Assembly: GCA_024278595.1 (NCBI GenBank)
Contig: JAJRSW010000039.1
Span: 12,594-76,593 of the forward strand
DNA: 64,000 nucleotides
DNA from: Fidelibacterota bacterium
GTDB taxonomy: Bacteria > Fidelibacterota > UBA8477 > JABMPR01
Direction of reading: 5' to 3'
Shown: piece by piece, positions 20,002 through 29,631 of the stretch
Numbering within the stretch: the stretch's first letter is position 1
How the letters are laid out: every line of letters begins with the position of its first letter
Position numbers and translations under genes: made by a program
The notes under the pieces: model-generated
What the model was told of the DNA's origin: nothing
Seen by the model: only the letters and a program-made list of their open reading frames with translations
The model's database searches: none

Positions 20002-23000
20002 TTGATGAAAAGCAAATCATTAAATCTTGTAAAACTGATTGTGTTGACCTGCTTGGTTACTACTAATGCGATTTTAGGTCAAACAATATTAAATGATGAA
20101 TTTGAAGCAGGGAACCTGGATCAATGGACTATAGCAGGTCGTCAGGAAGGGGTGAATACAGCTGAAGTAACTCTCAGAGATGGTAGTAATCAAGCACATA
20201 TCCGACATGAAGATTACACTGAAATTACCTTAGAAAATCTTTTTACCTATTCTGAATCTCTCACCTTTCAATTCGATATGGAAGTTGCAGTTGCTTCGGA
20301 TGCATCCAATACCAGTACCTTTTGGGCTTCGGCCGGTGTCTTCTTTAACTTTCTGGATGCTGATTCCATCAGTTTGGGTTGGGTTTCTTATGAGGCTTAC
20401 ACTTCCCAACTTCATCCTGATGGGCATAATACTGACAGCACCCGGGTTAATGAAATCATAGTGGGTAGTATGGATTCCTACTCATTCACAATATCGGAAT
20501 TGCTTAGCCAGATATTTCTATCGGAAAATCCTTCAATTATCGAATTGGAGTTTCGTGCTTACACGACTGGTTGGCCTTATAATATGAGTGGAGATGTATG
20601 GCTAGATAATGTGGTTGTTAGTCAAGCAATTCTGGATGATGGTCTTGTAGCTTTTTATCCGTTGAATGGTGACGCCAGTGATGAAAGTGGGAATGGGAGT
20701 GATGGAACTGTCAACGGGGCCACTCTTACCATTGATCGGTTTGGAAATGAAAATAGTGCTTATGAATTTGATGGTGTAGATGATTTTATTGAGATCCCTG
20801 TTTTGTTTAATGGGGATCAAGATCCCATATCACTTGTTGCATGGGCCAAAATCCCAACCGGAGGTTCTGGGAATGGGACCATATTTTGTGAAACCAATGG
20901 ATTTGATCAACGAAACCAGTTCAAACTTCATGGGAATGATGAGTCTGTAAGCCTGACATTCGATCAGTATAGGCCTGCAGGTGGAGGAGCAAGCGCAAGC
21001 TTGATTATTCCTTCATCTGAATACAATATTTGGGTTCAAATCGCTATTGTGAAAGAGGTAGATAGTGTATTCTTCTACAAAAACGGGATACTTTTTGAAT
21101 CAGCGCTCCATGTTGAAACATATTCGGGTTCCGCAGTGAACACCGCTTATCTTGGTCGGCTAATAAATGCTAGTTATTCGTTCGCAGGAATATTGGATGA
21201 CATCCGTATTTACAATCATGCTGTTGACGAAACAGAGATCAATTCTCTGTATCACCTAGGTGGCTGGCCATTCAATGATCAGGATATGGTCTTGGATTTT
21301 GAGGATCAATCTCTCGATGACTGGATGATTGTAGAAGCAGTCCCTGGCTCGGGGCAAATGGAAATCCTAGCAGGTTCTCTGGATGGAACAGGTGAGTACG
21401 TCCTGCAGACACAGGTCTTCAATGCCGGAGGGAATGAAAATGATCGGGCTGCAGCGTATTATATGCCGTCTTCTGGTTGGGTTAATTATCAGATTTCCTA
21501 TGATTTTCAGATTGTTTCAACAAACTATTATAACTACACAGACCAGTACTTTTTTATACAGGATGAATCCTCATTTTTACAAAATTGTTACCGGCTACGA
21601 TTCTTCCAGGGAGATAACATTGCCTTCTTTAGTCTGATCCAGGATAGTGTATGGACGACACAGGCAACCGCTTCAATAACTCTAGATCCCGGTATTACAT
21701 ATCATGTAGATTTATTAACTGCAGCTGACAGTATTTCAATCCTGTTAGACGATGTTGTATTACTTGAGTTTGCAGATAACACTTTTCGAAGTGGTGGTTT
21801 TGCTATGGGTACATCTACAGCAGGTTTGGAAAATGGAATAACGGCCAATTATGACAATATCCATTGCTCAAATATTCAGCTCATGGAAAACCAATCACTA
21901 TTGGTAGGGTCCATGTCAACCATGATGGGGCAATATGTCGATATTCCCGTATTTATGAGCACTGATAGTATTCGCGCCGCCGAGCTTGATTTCTCAGGCT
22001 ATGCAGAAGGTCTGGAATATATCGGGATTGATACGGTGGGAACCATGATCGGTGGTCTGGACTGGACCTGGGCCGAGAATGAAGTTGACGGTGTGTTACA
22101 GATCGCCTTCGCCGGCTCGGAAGAGATTTCGGGTGAAGGTGTGTTCTGCTATCTGGAATTTCAGGTAGTGGGTGAGATTTGCACGACTGTGCCAGTAAAC
22201 TGCGATTATGCTCTTTTCAACGATGTGGAAGTCACCGATATCACCAACGGTTCAGTCTATATCAAGCCCATACCTGTTTTTGGTGATGTAGATGAGAATG
22301 GTTTGGTTCAGGCACTGGATGCTTCAGATATCCTGCTCTATGCGATAGACTCATTGGCGCTTGATTGTCAATCCTGGACCAATGCCAATGTTTATCTCGA
22401 TTCCGTAGTAAATGCCATGGATGCCTCCATTATTCTGCAGTCGGTGGTGGATAGCATTGATTCATTACCAGTAATCCCGGGAGCAGCTGAATTCCTGGCT
22501 ATGGGTAGTCTGGATGTCGATGAAATAGTTCAGGCAGGAATTGATCATTCAGTTGGCATTCAAATCAGGTTAACAAATGGTGAAAATATCTATTCCCAGG
22601 ATTTGGTGCTCAGCTTTGATCCGGGTGTTCTGGAACCAAGAGCTTCCAATTTCATCGAATATTCAGCTAATACTGTTGGATTTGGGGCCGAGTACAAGGT
22701 AGTAGGCAATACAATTAGGATTGCAGCTGCTAGTGGTACATCAAATACAATTAATGGTCTGTTGGCTACATTAAATTTTGATGTCATCGCCGATGAAGCT
22801 GGTCAAACTGAGATAGTCCTTGAGTCATTTGGGTTAAATTCAAACCTGGAAAGTGCTCTTGTGACAATTACTGTGGATATTAGGACTTCAGTGGCTGATG
22901 ACAGTATAATTCCTGACCAATTCATTCTGGAACAGAACTATCCCAACCCCTTCAACCCCACAACAACCATCAGTTATGGGTTACCTGAAGCATCTGAAGT

Positions 23001-23193
23001 ATCAATCATCATTTATGATGTGAAAGGGCGTGAGGTTGCAAATCTGGTGCAGTCGAGTCAATCAGCCGGTTGGTATGATATACAGTGGAATGGTTTGAGC
23101 AATTCGGGTAACCCGGCCAGTACCGGATTGTATTTCACCCGGATTCAGGCTGGTGGGTTTAGCGATGTAATTAAGATGGTGTATCTCAGATAA
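20002..23193 (+). CDS. Large secreted protein: LamG-like and lectin-like domains, cohesin-dockerin-cohesin, FlgD/Por-type C-terminal sorting domain
   Basis: Signal peptide; LVAFYPLNGDASDESG..DRFG..SAYEFDGVDD (LamG); GDVDENG...NANV..D dockerin; QNYPNPFNPTT CTD. Confidence 0.8.
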   Translation: MMKSKSLNLVKLIVLTCLVTTNAILGQTILNDEFEAGNLDQWTIAGRQEGVNTAEVTLRDGSNQAHIRHEDYTEITLENLFTYSESLTFQFDMEVAVASDASNTSTFWASAGVFFNFLDADSISLGWVSYEAYTSQLHPDGHNTDSTRVNEIIVGSMDSYSFTISELLSQIFLSENPSIIELEFRAYTTGWPYNMSGDVWLDNVVVSQAILDDGLVAFYPLNGDASDESGNGSDGTVNGATLTIDRFGNENSAYEFDGVDDFIEIPVLFNGDQDPISLVAWAKIPTGGSGNGTIFCETNGFDQRNQFKLHGNDESVSLTFDQYRPAGGGASASLIIPSSEYNIWVQIAIVKEVDSVFFYKNGILFESALHVETYSGSAVNTAYLGRLINASYSFAGILDDIRIYNHAVDETEINSLYHLGGWPFNDQDMVLDFEDQSLDDWMIVEAVPGSGQMEILAGSLDGTGEYVLQTQVFNAGGNENDRAAAYYMPSSGWVNYQISYDFQIVSTNYYNYTDQYFFIQDESSFLQNCYRLRFFQGDNIAFFSLIQDSVWTTQATASITLDPGITYHVDLLTAADSISILLDDVVLLEFADNTFRSGGFAMGTSTAGLENGITANYDNIHCSNIQLMENQSLLVGSMSTMMGQYVDIPVFMSTDSIRAAELDFSGYAEGLEYIGIDTVGTMIGGLDWTWAENEVDGVLQIAFAGSEEISGEGVFCYLEFQVVGEICTTVPVNCDYALFNDVEVTDITNGSVYIKPIPVFGDVDENGLVQALDASDILLYAIDSLALDCQSWTNANVYLDSVVNAMDASIILQSVVDSIDSLPVIPGAAEFLAMGSLDVDEIVQAGIDHSVGIQIRLTNGENIYSQDLVLSFDPGVLEPRASNFIEYSANTVGFGAEYKVVGNTIRIAAASGTSNTINGLLATLNFDVIADEAGQTEIVLESFGLNSNLESALVTITVDIRTSVADDSIIPDQFILEQNYPNPFNPTTTISYGLPEASEVSIIIYDVKGREVANLVQSSQSAGWYDIQWNGLSNSGNPASTGLYFTRIQAGGFSDVIKMVYLR

Positions 23194-23265
23194 GGAAATA
23201 CTGCCGATAGGGTCTGGTCTATGAAGCGGGTTTACCTGTAACACAGATACAATCGTGCCGATAAA

Positions 23266-23293
23266 GCAGGGGCGGTCTCCGGGCAGTCCCTGC
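23266..23293. repeat. 28-bp REP-like palindrome
   Basis: gcaggg...ccctgc, located between convergent genes. Confidence 0.55.
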
Positions 23294-23296
23294 CGT

Positions 23297-24451
23297 TTAA
23301 CCACCAATCCATTCCAGATAATTATCCGGGTGGATTATTTTATGCTGCGTATCAGGATAAGTTTTGACCCAGGCCGGCGGAATCTTCACCTTCCTTTTTT
23401 GCTGCCATTTAAATTCGAAGGCCCTTAATTCTCCATACTCTTCTTCAACCCAGTCCAATTCCTGTTGATCGTAAGTTCGCCAGAAATAATTCCGAACAAA
23501 TCTATTGGAGTATTGTTGATATTTTATTCGTTCGGCAATAAGATAATTTTCCCACAACTCACCGACATCATTACGTAAATTTAAGTGATTAAAATTATTT
23601 ATCACTGCATTACGAATACCTACATCATGAAAGTACCACCTCTGAGATTTGCTGATTTCTTTGCGAAGATTGCGAGAAAAACCCGGTAATTTATACAACA
23701 CAAATACTTTGGTCAATAAGTCTAAATATCTCTCGACCGTAGTTTTACTCATTTGTAACTGTTTGCCTAATTCCTGGATTGAGACTTCTTTACCAATCTG
23801 AAAGGCGATCAACCGCAGTAAATCTAATATCTTTCCTGATCTGCGAATTCCCTCAAAACTCAAAATGTCCCTCAGCAGATAGTCATTTAGGATCCCGTTT
23901 AGATAAACGCGCTTTTCGTCCCAATTATCGTACTGGAGCAGTTCCGGGTATGAACCGAAAATCAAGCGCTCTTCCAGTCTGGCTTTCGTTTCTAAAAAAT
24001 CCTCTGTTTTTGCCAATTCCATCTGCGCTAACGGGTACAGCATGACCGTATTTTTTCGCCCTACCAAGGGTTCACCCAATTTGTTCGATAGGTCAAAGAC
24101 TGAGGAACCGGTTGCCACAATTTTTAGTTTATCAAAGTGATCTACAATTAGTTTTAGTTTACTCCCGATCTCCGGAATCCTTTGAGCCTCATCGATAATG
24201 AGATAGGATTTTCCGCTGAGGAACCGTTTGTAATTCGTTACGGACTGCTCCCTCATGAGTTCAACATGCTGAGCATCATCACCATTAAGCAATAGCATCT
24301 CATCCGGCTGAATATTTTTTAAATATTCTTTGATGAACTCCGTCTTCCCAACCCGTCGAGCCCCCAACAGAACAAGGACCTTTTTTCCCTGGAGTCGTTT
24401 GGCAAACGTGTCTGAAATTGCCCGCGGGATATAATCCATTTCCAATTGCAC
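23297..24451 (-). CDS. AAA_14 + DUF4143 ATPase
   Basis: GARRVGKT, IIDEAQ, ATGSS, PLVGR, GELWEN, YFWRTYDQQELD, FEFK; start may be ATG 24439. Confidence 0.92.
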   Translation of the reverse strand: MQLEMDYIPRAISDTFAKRLQGKKVLVLLGARRVGKTEFIKEYLKNIQPDEMLLLNGDDAQHVELMREQSVTNYKRFLSGKSYLIIDEAQRIPEIGSKLKLIVDHFDKLKIVATGSSVFDLSNKLGEPLVGRKNTVMLYPLAQMELAKTEDFLETKARLEERLIFGSYPELLQYDNWDEKRVYLNGILNDYLLRDILSFEGIRRSGKILDLLRLIAFQIGKEVSIQELGKQLQMSKTTVERYLDLLTKVFVLYKLPGFSRNLRKEISKSQRWYFHDVGIRNAVINNFNHLNLRNDVGELWENYLIAERIKYQQYSNRFVRNYFWRTYDQQELDWVEEEYGELRAFEFKWQQKRKVKIPPAWVKTYPDTQHKIIHPDNYLEWIGG

Positions 24452-24461
24452 CTTTCTATAC

Positions 24462-24487
24462 TGACGTAATTTATGTTAATAACGTCA
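24462..24487. promoter_or_regulatory. Candidate operator upstream of the AAA ATPase gene
   Basis: tgacgtaatt-N6-aataacgtca inverted repeat with 1 mismatch. Confidence 0.4.
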
Positions 24488-24523
24488 TGATACAAGCAGT
24501 ATTAGCATTATTATGGTCTCAGG

Positions 24524-24886
24524 ATGGAATCATTCAAACTGAATGGTAATTTGAATCTGGATATAAAAACCTTATCCATTGTTTCCACTGATCAACAACT
24601 TGAGCTTCCAACTCAGTATACTTTAAAACAGAACTACCCCAACCCCTTCAACCCAACCACGACTATTAGTTACGGATTACCAGAAGCATCTGATGTATCC
24701 ATCATCAACGATGTGAAGGGTCGTGAGGTTACGAATCTGGTACAATCAAGCCAAGCAGCCGGTTGGTATGATGTACAGTGGAATGGGACCACAGAGGCTG
24801 GTAATCCAGTGAGCACCGGACTGTATTTTGCCAGAATCAAGGCCGGTGGGTTTAGTGATGTGATCAAAATGGTTTATTTACAATAA
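24524..24886 (+). pseudogene. Orphan C-terminal sorting-domain fragment, paralogous to the 3' end of 20002-23193
   Basis: QNYPNPFNPTTTISYGLPEAS...GGFSDVIKMVYL nearly identical to the upstream CTD; no signal peptide or cargo domain. Confidence 0.75.
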
Positions 24887-24956
24887 GGAAATTCTACCGC
24901 TGAAAACGTATTTGATGCTGTCGGGCGGGTTTTCATAAAATATGGGGCACTCTCAG

Positions 24957-24984
24957 GTATGGGCGTATCATGATACGCCCATAC
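24957..24984. repeat. Perfect 28-bp REP-like palindrome
   Basis: gtatgggcgtatca|tgatacgcccatac. Confidence 0.8.
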
Positions 24985-25080
24985 TTTCGCCTATCACAAA
25001 TCTTCAATTATATAAAATCCGCCCTCCTTTAGGCCGCATCAATCTGTGGATAAATATGATGTCACACCTTTAATTTGCAA

Positions 25081-25623
25081 TTACCACAACTCATTAAAAG
25101 GAACAGCATAAAAACGGTCCCCGAAGGGCAAGACTTTATCTCCATCATACAGGACAACTCCGCAGATAAATTTGTTGTGGCTGGCTTTTAGTCGTCTCAA
25201 ACCGGCAAAATCAGATGTTCTCACACTGGCAGAAGCTTTGACCTCAACCCCGCAGATGGCGCTCCCATTCTGCTCACTCACCACGTCAACCTCTACTTTG
25301 TCCTTATCACGATAATGAAAAAAGCGCAAGGATGAATCTGTCCAGCTCGATTGACGTCGCAATTCCTGATTCACAAAAAAAAGCTGATCCAAGAAACTTA
25401 TTTTTAATGCAGCATTTTCAATCTCCATTTGGGCCAATGGAGCCAGGTGGATCACTTCCATTCTGCCGGCTAACGAATCTGCTAGTTTTGGAATAAGCAT
25501 AATGTTTGCTGAACCTGTCAGTATGAAACGACCCGGCCGGCGGTCTTGAGCAACAAGAGCCTTGATTGAAGTAAATAGTTCCGGAGCTCGCTGAATCTCA
25601 TCAATAACAACACTCCGCGCCAT
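25081..25623 (-). pseudogene. Degenerate AAA_14/DUF4143 ATPase
   Basis: Has VIDEIQ, TGSAN, DSLAGR and C-terminal HYRDKDKVEVD/VEVK, but lacks Walker A and the central region. Confidence 0.8.
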
Positions 25624-25691
25624 TTCGACGGGTGGTCCCTGAGCTCTGTCGAAGGGCGGTTCCTGAGCCAGTCGAAGGGCTCAATGCAACG
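25621..25691. repeat. Nested REP-like repeats (two ctgagc..gtcgaagg units inside catttcgacgggctcaatgcaacg)
   Basis: Uninterrupted host sequence occurs at 63643-63666. Confidence 0.7.
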
Positions 25692-25744
25692 CTCTGCGGC
25701 CTCGTACCTCTGCGAGAGGGACTTTCTACGGGGGCGTCAAGCTT

Positions 25745-26092
25745 ATGCCTGAAAAATTTGTGATCATCGGAGGAGATGCTGCCGGAATGAGTGCCGCCAG
25801 TAAAATTAGACGACGCAACCTGATGCGGAAATGATCGTTTTTGAAAAAGGACAACATATCAGCTTTGCCGCTTGTGGAATTCCCTACTGGAGTCAGACCC
25901 AATTCGGAACTGGCCGATGAAGCAGGCATAGTGCTCGGAAATAATGGGGCAATTTCCATCAATTCAAACATGCAGACCAGTGTCCTCAATATTTATTCAG
26001 CCGGTGATTGTGTCGAGCACAAACATCTGGTACTGGGTGAAGATATCTGGATCCCCCTGGCTCCTTCTGCCAATAAACGACAAGAAAGTTAA
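25745..26092 (+). pseudogene. Degenerate CoA-disulfide reductase paralog (frameshift plus internal deletion)
   Basis: MPEKFVIIGGDAAGMSAASKIRR, frameshift, ...ISFAACGIPYW joined to TGVRPNSELA...WIPLAPSANK; matches 28018-29364. Confidence 0.88.
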
Positions 26093-26287
26093 CCATATAC
26101 GTTGATCCACCCCCGATCCAGTATTGCCAAGGCTGGCTGGTTTGCTTTAGATCACATGCATATAGAAATGTAACTTTAATTTTCTGCCATTGTGTTGCTC
26201 CTCAAACTGCCACAGATAAATTTCGTAAACAGCCAGGCTCAGCATAAATACATAATTAGATACTGGATTCAGATCGGGGAGACAGAG

Positions 26288-27751
26288 ATGAAACGACACA
26301 CAACTATCTTTCAGCTAATGCTACTCATTTTCTTTGCTGTTCAAACTTTTGGACAGCAACCCTTGTTTAGTGAATTTCTATATTTCTCCAATTTAGAGAC
26401 CTCGGGAGGAGGTCCTCATACTGGGTCGGCTGTCTCATTTGGCGGTTCAGATGTCATGGATGGGTGGGTCCACAGTAATGATGACCTGCTCATGAGCTCC
26501 TATGGCTGTCCCACATTTTATGGGTACGTAAGCACAGCTGGGACGGCAATGATGAGTAGTTGTTCAGAAGCCATATTCCAGGGTGGATTCACAGAGTACG
26601 CCGACTCTATCCAAACACCCCCTGTTTTTATGCTCAACTATTTAAGGCAAGCTGCCAACTATACTTTTTCAGCAGATCAACTCATTGGGAGGCCGGGGAT
26701 CCCGGATTCACTCATTATGACCAAACTTCACTTCACCACCGAAGGCGTTCAAGTTTACCAATGGTCATACCAGATTCCACCAATAGCAGGGGATGACTCC
26801 CCAACCAACGATTATTATTTCTATCACAACCATTTTGTTGCTGATACCTGTCGTATGGATGGCTTTCATCACTATGATTTTCCAGAACCTGAGGACTCTA
26901 GTGCATATATCACCTGGAATACTCAGATCTCAGATACTGCGGCCATTATTTATATCCAGGGTGGACAGGTGCAGACTTATGGTCAGATACAGGGACAATA
27001 TCTTGTGATTACCGATAAAGAGACCCCCTACTTGCCTGCCGATCCAGAATACCACGAAGATATCTGCTATAACAATATCTGGATAATTGATGATCTGATC
27101 TATGCAGATTCAGACGCTGAGTCTGGAGAACCCCTTATGGGGAGTCCAAATCGTCTGGGCTTGGTTTCAGGTGCCAATATCATCTATGCAAATACTCTGG
27201 CAAATGGTGCGGCAAATGGTTCGGAAGGACAGGATCTTATCATTAATGCTGCATTGGTTACTTTTGAAGGCTCCATTGTTGCCCACTATTGGCAGAACAC
27301 TTTAAATGACGAATCAATGAATGGCCCAAACTATTCGGATCCGGCTGAGTCAAAAGGTGACGGCAGGGGACCAATAAATTTCGGTGGCACAACTGGCCAG
27401 GATTACCGGGGCTATATCAATCTCTGGGGTGCTATGGTCCAAAACAAACGGGGCTACATGAAGCGCAACAATCCCGGTCCCTACACTTCGACCATTGGTT
27501 ATGATAAATCTTATCATTACGATCCCAACCTTTTAACGGTTGCTCCCCCTGGTTTTGAACTCCTCATCGCTCCCTTGATAGGAGATCTGGATCTGGATGG
27601 AGATCTATCTGTCCTGGATCTGGTGAGATTAATTGAACTGGCCCTGCAACTGGGACTACCAGCTTCGCAAATTGAAATTTATACTGCGGATCTGGATTTG
27701 AACGGTTTGTTTAATATTCTTGATGTGGTGCTGCTGATCGAGCGATTTTAG
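26288..27751 (+). CDS. Secreted protein with DUF4900/PilX-associated-like domain and C-terminal dockerin
   Basis: Signal peptide from ATG 26288; VHSND and WGAMVQNKRG...GYDKSYHYD motifs; GDLDLDG...ADLDLNG dockerin repeats. Confidence 0.6.
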   Translation: MKRHTTIFQLMLLIFFAVQTFGQQPLFSEFLYFSNLETSGGGPHTGSAVSFGGSDVMDGWVHSNDDLLMSSYGCPTFYGYVSTAGTAMMSSCSEAIFQGGFTEYADSIQTPPVFMLNYLRQAANYTFSADQLIGRPGIPDSLIMTKLHFTTEGVQVYQWSYQIPPIAGDDSPTNDYYFYHNHFVADTCRMDGFHHYDFPEPEDSSAYITWNTQISDTAAIIYIQGGQVQTYGQIQGQYLVITDKETPYLPADPEYHEDICYNNIWIIDDLIYADSDAESGEPLMGSPNRLGLVSGANIIYANTLANGAANGSEGQDLIINAALVTFEGSIVAHYWQNTLNDESMNGPNYSDPAESKGDGRGPINFGGTTGQDYRGYINLWGAMVQNKRGYMKRNNPGPYTSTIGYDKSYHYDPNLLTVAPPGFELLIAPLIGDLDLDGDLSVLDLVRLIELALQLGLPASQIEIYTADLDLNGLFNILDVVLLIERF

Positions 27752-28017
27752 TCGCAGCGATTACAAAACACCCAGCTGACGAGGGCGATCAATCCTTTCC
27801 TGCACAATGTGAGGCCATGACCTTTTCCCTGTTGAAGTAAAAAATCTTTCATCTTCTTTCCAATGTGGTGCATACAACTTTGTCACTTTCCTGACTTCCA
27901 GCACTCAAACAATATGGTACTGGCTAAGAAATGACAAGGGAGCCACACACATTGATCAAAACCTTTAAACAGCCCGGTGACCTCCGCATTCTCCGCGGTT
28001 AAAGAAAGAGCAGGATT

Positions 28018-29364
28018 ATGCCTAAAAAATTTGTGATTATCGGTGGCGACGCAGCCGGAATGAGTGCTGCCAGCAAGATCAGAAGAATGCAGCCTGAAGC
28101 GGAAATGATCGTTTTTGAAAAAGGTGACTATATCAGCTTTGCCGCCTGTGGGATACCCTACTGGATCAGCGGCGTCATTGACGACGGCAGCAAACTACAA
28201 GTGCTCACTCCAGAGATCGCCAAAGAAAAACGCAATATTGATGTACGTATTCTGCATGAAGTGACCAAAATTGATTCTATGAATAACCGGGTAACTGTTA
28301 CAAACCTGGAAACCAGCGAACAGTATGAAGAGTCTTATGATGCCCTGCTGATCGCTACTGGAGCCAGAGCCGCCATACCGCCAATTCCGGGTATTGAAAA
28401 TGATGGGGTTTTCACGCTGAGAAGTCTGGCTGACGGCCATCTGATCAAGGATTATCTGGCAAAAAATAAAATCAAACACGCCACAATTATTGGGGGTGGC
28501 TATATCGGGTTGGAAATGGCCGAAACCTATCGGCATCTAAATATCGCTGTGACCATGGTTGAGCTGCTGGATCAGATCGCGCCGACCTTTGATAAAGATA
28601 TTTTAGTTAAGGTGACAGAGCATATCGTTGAGAACGGGGTGGATCTGAGACTTGATACCCGGGTTAACGGGATTGATAAAACAGCTAGACTACTGGTAAA
28701 AACTTCGGCGGGGGATATCCCAACTGATATGGTAATTGTATCCACAGGCGTTCGACCGAATTCTGAATTAGCTGGTGAGGCGGGAATCAGCTTGGGTAAA
28801 AGTGGGGCTATCACCATCAATTCCAATATGCAGACCAGTATATCAAACATCTATGCCGCCGGTGATTGTGCCGAATATAAACATCTTGTCCTGGAAGAAG
28901 ATATCTGGATCCCTCTGGCACCCTCTGCCAATAAAGGCGGTCGTATCGCTGGTGAGAATATGGCTGGACAACTGACCCAGTTCCCGGGAATATTGGGAAC
29001 CGCTGTGGTGAAGGTGTTCGACTATACCATTGCCCAGACCGGACTCACGGAAAAGCAGGCTGAGCAATCGTCAAAATATGGCGAGATCAGCACAACAATG
29101 ATAACTGGTGGGAGCCGTGCCCATTACTATCCTGGTTCAACACCCATAACGATCAAAATGGTAGTAGAGAAAAGCTCTAAACGCCTTTTGGGTGCTCAGA
29201 TAATTGGTAAAGCTGATGTGGCAAAACGGGTTGATGTGCTTGCCACGGCGATCACAGCGAGGATGACTGTGGAAGAGATTGGTCTGTTGGATCTGACATA
29301 CGCGCCGCCCGTCGCACCGGTTTATGATCCCATCCATGTGGCTGCAAATGTGGCGAACAAGTAA
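28018..29364 (+). CDS. cdr: CoA-disulfide reductase / NADH oxidase family flavoprotein
   Basis: IIGGDAAG, SFAACG (single redox Cys), GGGYIGLE, YAAGDC, LDLTYAPP. Confidence 0.9.
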   Translation: MPKKFVIIGGDAAGMSAASKIRRMQPEAEMIVFEKGDYISFAACGIPYWISGVIDDGSKLQVLTPEIAKEKRNIDVRILHEVTKIDSMNNRVTVTNLETSEQYEESYDALLIATGARAAIPPIPGIENDGVFTLRSLADGHLIKDYLAKNKIKHATIIGGGYIGLEMAETYRHLNIAVTMVELLDQIAPTFDKDILVKVTEHIVENGVDLRLDTRVNGIDKTARLLVKTSAGDIPTDMVIVSTGVRPNSELAGEAGISLGKSGAITINSNMQTSISNIYAAGDCAEYKHLVLEEDIWIPLAPSANKGGRIAGENMAGQLTQFPGILGTAVVKVFDYTIAQTGLTEKQAEQSSKYGEISTTMITGGSRAHYYPGSTPITIKMVVEKSSKRLLGAQIIGKADVAKRVDVLATAITARMTVEEIGLLDLTYAPPVAPVYDPIHVAANVANK

Positions 29365-29423
29365 CAAGTGACGGGTGATGAGTGACGAGTGACAAGTGAC
29401 GGGTGACAAGTTTCGAGTTTCAA
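29361..29423 (+). repeat. Heptamer tandem repeat (GTGACRR consensus), 9 units
   Basis: gtaacaa gtgacgg gtgatga gtgacga gtgacaa gtgacgg gtgacaa gtttcga gtttcaa. Confidence 0.9.
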
Positions 29424-29433
29424 AGGAAAGTGA

Positions 29434-29631
29434 ATGATAAATAAAGAAATGCTCATTGAGGACCTGGTTCAGGAATATCCCAAACTTATTGGCCCGCTAA
29501 AGGTAGCAGGGATTGTCTGTTTGGCTTGTGGTGAGGCCGTCTGGGGTACCCTGGAAACACAGGCAGTAGAAAAGGGTCTCACTAATATCGATGAGATCGT
29601 TGATCGCATGAATAAATTACTCGTTGGGTAG
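29434..29631 (+). CDS. DUF1858 small protein
   Basis: I.K.M.I.DLV..YP, G..CL.C, TLE motifs. Confidence 0.75.
   Translation: MINKEMLIEDLVQEYPKLIGPLKVAGIVCLACGEAVWGTLETQAVEKGLTNIDEIVDRMNKLLVG

Noticed and set aside
14200-27800. Prophage, ICE or integron
   Set aside because: No integrase, transposase, phage structural gene, tRNA target or regular attC-like array was seen.
29361-29423. CRISPR array
   Set aside because: 7-nt tandem units without spacers; no cas genes or repeat-spacer pattern recognised anywhere in the window.
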